A stretch of DNA of 61,441 bases, the filler included, from Catajapyx aquilonaris (lineage: Eukaryota): NCBI GenBank assembly GCA_000934665.2. It is 3 parts of 3 records of this genome, joined end to end, with 100 filler letters (N's around TTAATTAATTAA, not from the genome) between each part and the next. Parts side by side here need not be neighbours in the genome. Positions count along the whole stretch, not along the records: positions 34,859 to 61,441 come from JYFJ02007035.1; 2 more parts are not named here. The stretch is one strand, 5' to 3'. Below, piece by piece: positions 51,070 through 61,441 of the stretch (the first letter of the stretch is position 1; every line of letters starts with the position of its first letter). Both the position numbers and the translations under genes were made by a program. Below the pieces are notes generated by a model, which was not told where the DNA came from, searched no databases, and saw only the letters and a program-made list of their open reading frames with translations.

Positions 51070-51579
51070 TTACGCAAATGGCGATTTCTAAGTTTCAAAT
51101 ATATCATTAGATAGACAAAGATTTGCACTATCCAGGGTTCACGGGGGTAATTTTTTGGCCTCCGAAAAGTGTCATTAAAAATCATTTTGCGGCGTAATCG
51201 TCGGCAACTAGTCAAAAAATAACACCTTTCCGTGTTCTTCTTACGATAAAAAATTACACAATGAAAATAGGTAAACAACTCGCATATATGTTACGTAGAT
51301 TTATACAAGCTTTCTGACGATTTTGGACCATTTACCTGGGAGTTATTTTAGAGTCAAGCACACAGGGGCCCATATTTAAAAATTGGATATAGTAGTGTTT
51401 TAAAAAAATAAATTCATTGATTTTGCATACCACATTATAACCCAAAGGGGTTTTTAGGGGGCACCCATCCAACTAGCAGTTTGATGACAGTAAGTTAAGG
51501 TTGACTTGGCACAGTTGGCATTATTTTTTGCAGTTGGCACAACATGAACATTACTGGAAACCAACAATGCAATTCAATT

Positions 51580-52605
51580 ACCTACGGGTCCGGACTTGTG
51601 GGTCACCCTGTATTGTAAGTTAGATTAATAAATTGATGGGAAATGTTACAGTAAGTCACTATTCCGTGGCAATATCCAGAATATAATGTTTATTGTGTCA
51701 ATACTACTATGAAGTAATGCAATTTTTTGCACAACCGCCTAAGTCCAAATGGTTTATTGTCATTATCTCTAAAACTGCTATGACTAGATTTCCTGCACTA
51801 TTGCCAGTGGAAGGGCACGGATCATATCAATTACCGAAGTCATGAAGAAGTGACTAATTATTCTATAGCTATTATGGACGTTATGCTTTCTTGCCCTCTC
51901 GTGAAAAAGGAAGAAAATGGACTTAGGCACTTTTGCACCCAAGCTTCTCAATTGCCTACCATGAACAGTAAAACTGAGAACTAAATGGTTTTTTCGCTTC
52001 CTGGACATTTTTTTATTTTCACAATAATTGGGCCCTTCTAGAATTGTGGTCTTCAATAATTCCTATAGGAGCCAAAAACATTCTCGATCGACTTCTGGTA
52101 CTCTATTTCAGAGTTTTCATGCTGAAGCTGCCGCCATCCTGCTGATTTCATTTTTATAGATCTGAAAGAAGTTCCTTCAACCAGTTCTGAATCTCTTCGA
52201 TTGGCTTCAGCTTTAAGACAGTTCAGGTAGTAAGCAGGGATTCATAAGTCACAGTTGTAAAAAGTACTACACTGATAAGAAAATAATGTAAATGTCGATC
52301 TGTCGAACCTACGCAGGTACGGGGTTCGAATATAAGTTAAGCAGAAATATGTGTCGGATATTAGCGGGAATAAAATGTATTCAGGGAATGGTTTCAAATA
52401 ACATGTTTAATTTAGACAATTCAGGCTCTCTGCTTTATCCGAGCGTTACCGCTCGCTATTACACACATTATACACTTTCAATACCTACGGGTCCGGACTT
52501 GTGGGACACCCTGTATTGTAAGTTAGATTAATAAATTGATGGGAAATGTTACAGTAAGTCATTATTCCGTGGCAAAATCCAGAATATAGTGTTTATTGTG
52601 TCAAT
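51580..52605. repeat. ~120-bp direct repeats (51580-51702, 52482-52604)
   Basis: TACCTACGGGTCCGGACTTGTGGG...GTTTATTGTGTCAAT occurs twice, ~900 bp apart. Confidence 0.85.
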
Positions 52606-52667
52606 TGTGTTATTGTGTCTGTAAGTGTTCCGCTTTCTCCCTTCGGTCCCTGCTCCGTTGGGAGGTG

Positions 52668-52974
52668 TGTAACGGTATTGCGCAATTTCATTTCCCCGTC
52701 TTGCACCACCTTGTATATCTGATCCATACTATACTCCTGTCATGTGACCTTGCGTTGCTCCGACTCCCATCTCGCATTGCGCAATTAGGGAGGCGCTCCC
52801 GTGGGCTCGTGGCCAGTAGAGACTGAGCCGTCTCCCTGTCCGGATCCTTCCCCTATACTCTCCTCACCTAGTTGTTCCTTTACGAGTGACATGTATTATA
52901 ACCCCTCCGCAAGGACATTAAAGTCGTACATCAGCCAAGTTCCGTTTTGTTTCTCGTAACCCGATCCGGTTACA
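52668..52974 (+). mobile_element. Candidate solo LTR
   Basis: TGTAAC...GTTACA termini, TATA-like TATTATAA and ATTAAA signal; no convincing TSD. Confidence 0.45.
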
Positions 52975-55900
52975 CTTTCAATTTTGAATAGTTTACAAAT
53001 TCGACTTATCCGCCTCTTTGACATGCTGTATACAATTTAACGGCATCAACAATAGACCCCTTTACTGCAATACATAAGTGAATAACTACTGTGACACTGA
53101 CATTTTCTGTATGCATTAATCGTACATAATGCACCCTCTCAGTCTATGGTTGCAGTATGAGAAGAAAAATAATTGCAACTGGAAATTTTGCCACATGGCT
53201 GGCTTACCTGTCAGAGTTGAATCTGTACAGTCTCGGCAACGTCTCTCTGGAAGACTCTCTACTACTGTTTACTCTACTCTCTGCTTACTGCCCTCTTCTT
53301 ACTTCTGACTGACTGATTCTACGACCCGGACCTGCTTTTATAGCGCCCAGTTTTGGGTGGGGTTTACACAACGTGGGGTTTTGGGGTTTTTCCTGTAATA
53401 TCGACCTGACCTCTCCATCCTAGAGACGGACTTGTTATATTGATGCGGAGTACTTCTTGTACTGTACCTATCTCCGCGCTCGGACTCTAATGGCTCTTTT
53501 GAATGGCTGGTCGGCGCCAGGAAGTCTACAGATTTCTTGCTGCCTTGCCCACTCTTGGTGGTTTACTTACATGCTGCGTGTTTTAATAAACAGTGATAAC
53601 TTGTGGTACTCAAGTGTATGTCAGACGCTAATTAATATCGTAATTAAAGTCTGTTTAAGTTTCTTGTTATGTCGTAGGTGGCACGACAGATCAAGCAATA
53701 TTAAGTGCAATTCTAAGTGTCATTCTAACAGTGCTTGCAAGAACAAATAGATTGATAACACTTTTCTGAAGAAAAAAACTTCTCCTCTATGAAGATGTGA
53801 ATAGTGATTCCTATTGTAATCTTTGCGCCGAATCCGATTATCTGCTCGCTCAGAATGGATCTATCACGTACAGTCTTTGAGATATATCGTTTTAAAGTTT
53901 GGAACGATTTACTAGGGGTCTTTCCGAATCAAGTGGGCCTAAATAATGTTGCTAGGCCATCTCGGATCTTGGTGAAAAGAATCGCAGATGTACTCACCTA
54001 TTCCTTAATGCTGATAATAAAGTTTAAGACATATTGCTCAATACCATGATGAGGGAAAAAATCGCAAAAATCTGGAAATGGCAGAAAATGAGAACTTTTT
54101 TGGAGATTTTTTTAAGGTTAGTGGAAGTGGTCAAAACACAATGAACATACCATATGAAACCATTTTATATGAAACGAAGGAGCAATACCGGGAAAATGTG
54201 CCTATGGAATTAGTTTTCCTCTAAAATGTAAAAATGAATTTTCATAGCATTTCATTGGTCACTTATGCTCAGTCACATGCCCAAGAATTGTGACCCCAAC
54301 AATTTATTAGTGATGTATTTGAGTTACATCAGTCATATTTGGTGACACTAGTTGTGACCGATATAAGGTTCAGTATGTTAAGTTTGAGGCCTGGGTCATG
54401 CATGGTTCGCGAGAAAATATGTTTTGCAGATATACATTTAATTTCATTCTTATATAAAAGACCTTTTTGCTCTTTCTGAAGATGTGAATAGTGATTCTTA
54501 TAATATTTTCGCCCTGATTCCAAATCTGTACTTATAATATTTTGTGCTGTAAGGCACAGTTTCTGAGATATACTGCATTTACCAGTAGACTATCAATTAG
54601 TAGCCTAAATGCAGTATATCTCAAAAACTTATTTTTATTTTATTTTTACATTTTAGAGGAAAACTAATATCATAGGCGTATTTTCCTGGTGTTTCTCTTT
54701 CATAATTATGTTCATTGGGTTTCGACCACTTCCACTAACCGAAAAAAATCTCCAAAAAAGGCCTAATTTTCAGCCATTTCCAAATTTTTGCAATTTTTTT
54801 CCCTCATCATGGTATTGAGCAATATGTCTAAAACGTTATTAGTAGCATTAAGGAATAGTTGAGTAGATCTGCGATTATTTTCACCGAGATCCGAGATGGT
54901 CTAGCAACTATCCGTTCCACTCAAAATACAATTTGGACTGTAAAAATCGGGGGGAAAATCCTGATTCCGAGGGTATAAGCAGTTTTCCTGAGAGGCGAAC
55001 GGTAAGGCCATGGCGAGCCGTCAAAGTTTGGCAATTAGAATCCGGCGCAAAAGAGCTGCCCGCCCGGCCCAGTCCGCCCCCTCCGCGCGCGCCGCCAACC
55101 GGGACTTGGCAGAAATTGTCATAATTCTCAGTCATCTTTGGTCCACGGCATCATTGGTCCGTACTGGTGTCGGGTCGTGGGTGGGGGTGGCCACCTCTTC
55201 GTCGTAAGGCGTTGAAAGCGTCGTGAATAACTCTACAAAGAAAAAAAGGAATGGTCACTCTAAGTTCAACAGAGGAGCAATATTACTAATTTTGTTAAAA
55301 AAACATTCGCGAACACCTACATTCTCAACTATATATTAATAAATAAAGGTAATCATCACGAATTGATGCTTTATAATTTTTATTTATGGCAGGAAGTAAA
55401 CGCCGAACACAAAAAAATTACCAAAAAAAATTAAAAAAATTATCACTCGAACTTTTTTTTAAAAAAACGGAATTTCTTCTTATATGCACGGTGCCGAAAA
55501 TTTTAAAAATTAAACTTCGAGGGATAGGTTTTTAAATTTTTGTGGTAATTTTTTGTGTTCGGCGTTTACTTCTTGCCATAAATTAAAACTATAAAGCATC
55601 AATTCGTGATTTAATATTTATAGTTGAAAATGTAGGTGTTCAAGAATATTTTTTTAACAAAATAGGTAATATCTGCGCCTCTGTTGAACCTAGAGTGACC
55701 GTTCCTTTTCTTCTTTGTAGAGTTATTCGCGAAGCTTTCAACGGCACCTCACAATTTCAATTTGTACTGTAAGTTTAAGCTTGAGAAATTTTTAAAAACC
55801 CTCTGCTTGGGGGTGATGCTTAACTTCTGACCAGTACTTTGTAGTGTAATGCTCCGTGCGTAATGTCACCACTACTTGACAGGCAGGGCAATATGTTCGC

Positions 55901-56659
55901 ATAACTACTGTAGTCATCCACATCGAAAATGTCCAACTCAGGACGAGCCATTTCCGTTAAATCACCAAAATCAGCGGTTCACGCAGTGCTTCGCCATATA
56001 CAAAGCACGTGCAAAGCACCAGATTCTAGAGCAAAAACCAAGACCCTGGCGACAACTGGCGGTCGCCTGGCGAACTGAAAAGCACCGGACACAAAAAATG
56101 AAAGGCGGCTGGGGCGGGTTTCCTCTCCATCACGATGTAGAGACTTACGGTGTAGCCCAAAATGGGGCCAAGGAGATGGTTGCGGGCATGGCTGTAGAAG
56201 ACTCGGGTTAGGTCACTCCCCACCCACCCCCTGCCGAGGGGTTTTGCAGTGGGTGCTCACCTGAGACCGCCACGAGACATTTCCCAGAGCATTTATGTGG
56301 CGACCCTATGGCCTTAGTCCGATAGGGTCGCCACATAAATGCTCTGGGAAATGTCTCGTGGCGGTCTCAGGTGAGCACCCGCTGCAAAACCCCTCGGCAG
56401 GTGATAAGCCCAGAAGATAGGGGTAGTGTCCGTGGGCTGGTTGCGGGCTCGGCCGCCAGATGCGCTAGCGCCAACATCTAGTCCTGTTTTTCTGGAAGCG
56501 CATATGGTCTTGCATTACTACTACGTTCATTTTTCTGCTAATATGTGACAGAAAAAATTGAAAATGGTGCCCGATGTGTTCCTACTACATTCATTCAAAT
56601 GTCGTAATTGTATTCAACTACGATCTACGGACTTGTCATGCCAAAATAAATACCGTACC

Positions 56660-57056
56660 TTCCAATAGGGGGTGGCATACCACCATCAGTTTTCTGTATA
56701 GTTTCACTTCATTCTCCGGTGCAAGGAAACAAGGACAGTGGGAAAGGATAGGGATTTTTGGGGAGAGAACATGAGTGCAAGGTGCAATGTCGTATCTATG
56801 GCCCATAGATACGACATTGCACCTTGCACTCATGTTCCCTCCCCAACCTCCCTAACCTCCTAGGGAACAGCACATGACCCATAGACTATGGGTCATGTGC
56901 TGTTCCCTAGGAGGTTAGGTTGCCAGACACCTCCTTGGTGCAGGTCAAAGACCCTCCTGACGCAGGTGAAAGGAAAGTTCCCCAGGCGGGGATCGAACCT
57001 GGGGCCTTTCACACAGCAAGCCGAGACGCTACCATCTCGGCCATCTACACCACCCC
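56660..57056 (-). mobile_element. SINE family 2 copy with internal inverted duplications
   Basis: Homologous to 9290-9608, with an extra ~85-bp insert at 56801-56886. Confidence 0.8.
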
Positions 57057-57325
57057 TATTTTTGCTGAATATTATGATCGCATTGTAGACGGCGGGAATT
57101 CTCTTTCCCATCGATTCCACATCCATGTTCGCCTACGTGAGATCATTTACCAAACCACAATATAGACATCGTGACCAATCTGATGAAGAATGTCTCACAT
57201 GTGACATATCGGATGCTCAGCTCCTGGCATCAATTTCTCCGGAGATGGGCGGGCCGGAGGAAGTTAGAAATTCCCCGGGCTCCCAGCAGGCAGTGAGTCA
57301 GCCCCTTACACTCGAGTGCCATATA

Positions 57326-58239
57326 CAGGGTGATCCAACTCTATGGCACCAGTAGTTATTGGAAAAATCGTGCAAGCTGTGTTTATAAGCAGGTCGTTGC
57401 TAAGAGATGCTTTCTGGCTCTTTCTGGAGAATCGGGAATAGCACCTGCTGATATTAGGTCCAATGCCCATGTAACAATATTAATGAGGGAAAAAATGGTC
57501 ATCCGTGGGAAACAGCCAGGCCTGTTCTGGGGTTCGCTGGAGGGTTTCACATTAGGTCACTAGCTGTCAAACCACAGGCCTAATCCGTCGGAACTGGACA
57601 GACCCGGGTGGGTCAATAAATAGGCCTTCTGGTCTGTTCATTGTTGGCCGCAGTTGGCAAAACTGAGACAGGTCAACAGGCAGCGTTGTTTAGTTACCAG
57701 TCTTAGCACCTGCTGATATTAGGTCCAATGCCCATGCATGTACCAATTAACGAGAGAATGCCCAATGCAGACTGTACTGTTAGAATAACCCTAGAAGCCA
57801 TTGGGCGGCCCTCGAACAGGCCTCCTGAGTAAGGCATGTCCTGACTCTACAAGAACTATTTATTTACTGGTAACTAAACAACTCTGCCTGTTGACCTGTC
57901 TCAGTTGCGTCAACTGTGGCCAACAATGAACAGACCAGAAGACCTATTTATTGACACACCCGGGTCTGTCCAGTTCCGACGGATTAGCCCTCTGGTTTGG
58001 CAGCTAGTGACCTCATGTGAAACCCTCCAGCGAACACCAGAACAGGCCTGTTTCCCACGGATGACCCTTTTTTCCCTCATTAATATTGTTACGTGGGCAT
58101 TAGACCTAATATCAGCAGGTGCTATTCCCGATTCTCCAGAAAGAGCCAGAAAGCATCTCTTAGCAACGACCTGCTTATAAACAAGCAGCTTGCGCGATTT
58201 TTCAAATAACTTGTGGTGCCATAGAGTTGGATCACCCTG
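57326..58239. mobile_element. Tc1/mariner-type MITE with ~370-bp TIRs
   Basis: CAGGGTGATCCAACTCTATGGCACC ... GGTGCCATAGAGTTGGATCACCCTG, TA flanks. Confidence 0.9.
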
Positions 58240-60254
58240 TATATTATTTTCAAACCGTATGTTTCAAACCGTGTTTCAAACACGTGCGACAAGCTAATCC
58301 TCAACCAGGATGTGCCCTTGCTCAAGTTCAAAACTTTAAAGTAACATGCTGTCACTCTGACACTACAATGTTCCTCATTACTTTGTCGTAAAGAAATTAT
58401 ACCCCGTTATGGACATTTGCCTACTCTTAGATCAGCTCTGCTCTCACTCTTAATAAAGGATTCAATTGTCACAATCTAGTCTAACACTTCTTTCGGTACA
58501 GATAGCATGGAATGTTTTTTTTTTAACGTAGCACTTACACACCTAGACTTGCATACAACAATTGATGTCTTCTTGTAGGACTTGCACAATTAATGGTAAT
58601 GTCTTTAATTGCTGTATCACTTTGTCTCTTTACACTGTTTTGACTTGTTATATCAAGGTCTATGTGATGTGCAGTAAACAAAACTATCGCATTTTCACTG
58701 CACCTGACGCTAAACCACAGGGAGACGAATTCCATGGCAAACCTGCAATAATCCTACACCAGGCAAACTTACTGTTAGTATATACAACATGAACACAAGC
58801 CGAGACATACAGTGAGCCACACAGCTGAGCAGTAAACCTGAGCCGGCTGGACCGGGTCTTATTTCGATATGAAAGTATCCCCATATGTGAGTACTTACGT
58901 AAGAAAAGAGGCTGCAGGACCATTTCACACAATAGCACGTACCTGCTGCTTTCTTCCTCAAACAATTTTTGCGCGTTTAATTCGCTGCAGACGCAGATTT
59001 GGTCAACATTAGCAATAACTCCCGCATGCATATGCTGTTAAAACAGGACTAGATGTTCACCGCCAGGGCCTCTTGCGGGAGTGGACCGAACTAACATCGT
59101 GGCCAGTTTTGGGCTTCAGCTCTTAGCGTTGCGGGATAGGGAAGCTCCTACACCATAAGTCTCTACACCGTGCTCTCCTTAGAATTATGCCAATTTCTGC
59201 CCAGACCCGGGAGAGGCGCTGCTCTTTTGCGCCAGTTTCGAACTGCCGAATTTTGACGGCTCGCCCTGGCCTTACCGTTCGTCTCTCAGAAAAACTGCGT
59301 ATACCATCGGAATCAGGATTTTCTGCACGATTTTTAAAGCCCAACTTGTATTTTGAGTGGTGTGCCCCTTTAATATAGAGCACTGATGTGTTTGACTCTA
59401 AACAACTCCCAGACAAATTATCAAAAAAAATAATGGTATGTATCGTTGGAAAGTTTGTTTAAATCCACGTTACATATGCGCGAGTTGTTTTCCTGTCGTC
59501 AGTCTCTAATTTTTTATCGTAAAAATAAGGCGGAAAAGTGTCATTTTTTGACAAGTTGCCGACGTTACACCGCAAAGGGAATTTTTATGACACTTTCTGG
59601 AGGGCAAAAAAAACCACCTGTAAACCCTGGATAGTGCACACCTTTGTCTATCTAAAGATACATTTGACACATTGAGATCGCCATTTCTGTAATCATAATT
59701 AAGTAAATTGCACACCTCTGTTATCTCGGCTGTTTATAATCCGAATTACTTTGCGAATGTATATCGACGGCAAGCCATAAATGTGCGTGATCAGATTACA
59801 CCGTACTCTATTACACTAAATGTTTTTTAAAGTATTGTTTTAGTAAATTTAATAGAAAAGGACCCAGCCCGCTTTCTGGTTGGAATAGACGGCGATACTT
59901 TTAAATACTTTTAAAACATTTAGTGTAATAGAGTAGGGTGTAATCTGATCACGCACATTTCTGGCTTGCCGTCGATATATTCACGAAGTAATTCGGATTA
60001 TAAACAGCCGAGATAACAGCTAGACGTGTGCAATTAACTCAATTAGGATTACAGAAATGGCGATCTCAATGTTTCAAATATGTCATTAGATAGACAAAGA
60101 TGTGCACTATCCAGGGTTCACAGGTGGATTTTTTTGGCCTCCTGAAAGTGTCATAAAAATTCCCTTTGCGGTGTAACGTCGGCAACTGGTCAAAAAATGA
60201 CACTTTTCCGCCTTATTTTTACGATAAAAAATTAGAAACTGCCGATAGGAAAAC

Positions 60255-60255
<1 letters not shown>

Positions 60256-60328
<73 letters not shown>

Positions 60329-60672
60329 CGACATTTCCCTATGAGGGGTAGTCAGCGATGAAGGGAGACGCAAGCTAACCCAACATATGAACTAATAATT
60401 AAAACTCATGAGAATAAACCTAAAAACAACCCGTCCCACCCCCGACCCCTGCCCACCTCAGAAACAGACACTCAATATTAATATTTAAATATTACACTAT
60501 GCAATACGGTACTTCGGCAAATCAAGCCCCCTCGCTACCAGCCACTACTCCGGACGCCCTGGCACCGCCGACGTGTACGGCACCACCCTTGCACCTCATC
60601 GACCCCGCCAGGGACGTCCCCTCTACTCGCCGGAGCGAAGGAAGCCTTATCCTCAGACATATTTATCTATTT
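60256..60672 (-). mobile_element. Longest copy of the (GTT)n-tailed retroposon, inserted in one arm of the 59385-60783 palindrome
   Basis: Absent from the opposite arm (59476-59500); shares the 3' end with 19035-19163. Confidence 0.7.
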
Positions 60673-61108
60673 ACAACTCGCATATACAAGTATGTAACGT
60701 GGATTTAAACAACCTTTCTAACGATACATACCATTAATTTTGGGAGGGATAATTTGCCTGGGAGTTGTTTAGAGTCAAACACAGGGCTGTATATTAAATA
60801 AACGGATAGTAGGTCCACTTGATTCGGAAAGACCCCTAGTAAACCGTTCCAAATTTTAAAACGATATAATATCTCAAAAACTGTACGTGATGGAGCCATT
60901 CTTACTTCATATAATCTGCATTCAACACACCTTAATCTATATAATACACCTGCTTTCATCCAAAATAGGATTTTGCTGCTGAACAGTGTAATAATATTGA
61001 AGGAGAACAGTTCCTGGAAGAAGATGTACTAGTAGGCCCTAATAATGGTAATAAATATTTGGAGGTAATAGTTTCTGGAAAATAAACTGCAGCATCAAAT
61101 GTTAAGTA

Positions 61109-61441
61109 CGAGGAGTGATCAAAAAGTAAGGTCTCCAAGGCTGTAACCTTTATTCTGTATGAACACAAATGACGAAACTTACAGGGTAGATGAGGACAAT
61201 GCACATCTACTTTTCTACATAGTTTCCACACCGAAGAACGCACTTATCCCATCGCCAGACCAGTTTCTCAATCCCTTCCGAATAGAAAGGGGTGCCCTGT
61301 TGACAGCACCAGTCACGCAGCCTTCTTCACCTCATCGTCGCTTCGGAAATGTTGACCTGCCATGTCTGCTTTCAGGGCTCTGAATAAGTGATAGTCTGTG
61401 AGGGCTAGGTCGGGACTATAGGGTGTGTGAGGAAGAACTTC
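61109..61441 (-). mobile_element. Mariner element 3' end with transposase C-terminal relic (continues beyond the window)
   Basis: TIR TA-CGAGGAGTGATCAAAAAGT; PYSPDLALTDYHLFRALK...F.SDDEVK and FYSEGIEKLVWRWDKCV...GNYVEK*. Confidence 0.88.

Larger units (their letters stand above)
53850..60900. repeat. Nested inverted-repeat (foldback) complex
   Basis: Inverted arm pairs 53850-53940/60810-60900, 54910-55130/59180-59362, 56470-56492/59040-59058; internal palindromes 53945-54908, 55210-55743, 59385-60783. Confidence 0.8.

Noticed and set aside
51700..52480. LTR/TRIM element bounded by the 120-bp direct repeats
   Set aside because: The repeats lack TG...CA ends, PBS/PPT and TSD, and include a MITE end (CACCCTGTA); a local duplication is more likely.

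Overview
Eukaryotic (most likely arthropod, by inference) genomic DNA, very rich in transposons, with two N-gap contig joins carrying an artificial TTAATTAATTAA linker (17266-17365, 34759-34858). I reconstructed the host genes by hand from splice sites and reading-frame phase. They are: the last three coding exons of BZW/krasavietz (+, 964-1451), with a probable 3'-UTR intron; the last two exons of a THUMPD3-like tRNA methyltransferase (-, 16328-17006), cut by a gap; a complete six-exon 479-aa ankyrin-repeat gene with an apparently split SOCS box (-, 21340-25131); and a tandem cluster of secreted fibrinogen-related (FReD) lectin genes (-, about 38.8-48.7 kb). The cluster has two intact copies, one with a single frameshift, and one relic, and shows mosaic ancestry and loss of a conserved disulfide in one copy. 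Mobile DNA includes a ~9-kb two-gene CACTA/EnSpm (CMC) element with a SAM-domain accessory gene, Tc1/mariner relics, many MITEs, three tRNA-derived SINE families, a (GTT)n-tailed retroposon, solo LTRs and a ~7-kb hierarchy of nested inverted repeats (53.8-60.9 kb). There is no CRISPR, rRNA or genuine tRNA. I found no clearly new biological system. The best leads are the FReD cluster, the split-SOCS ankyrin gene, a head-to-head double retro-insertion, a double snap-back repair scar and the nested foldback.
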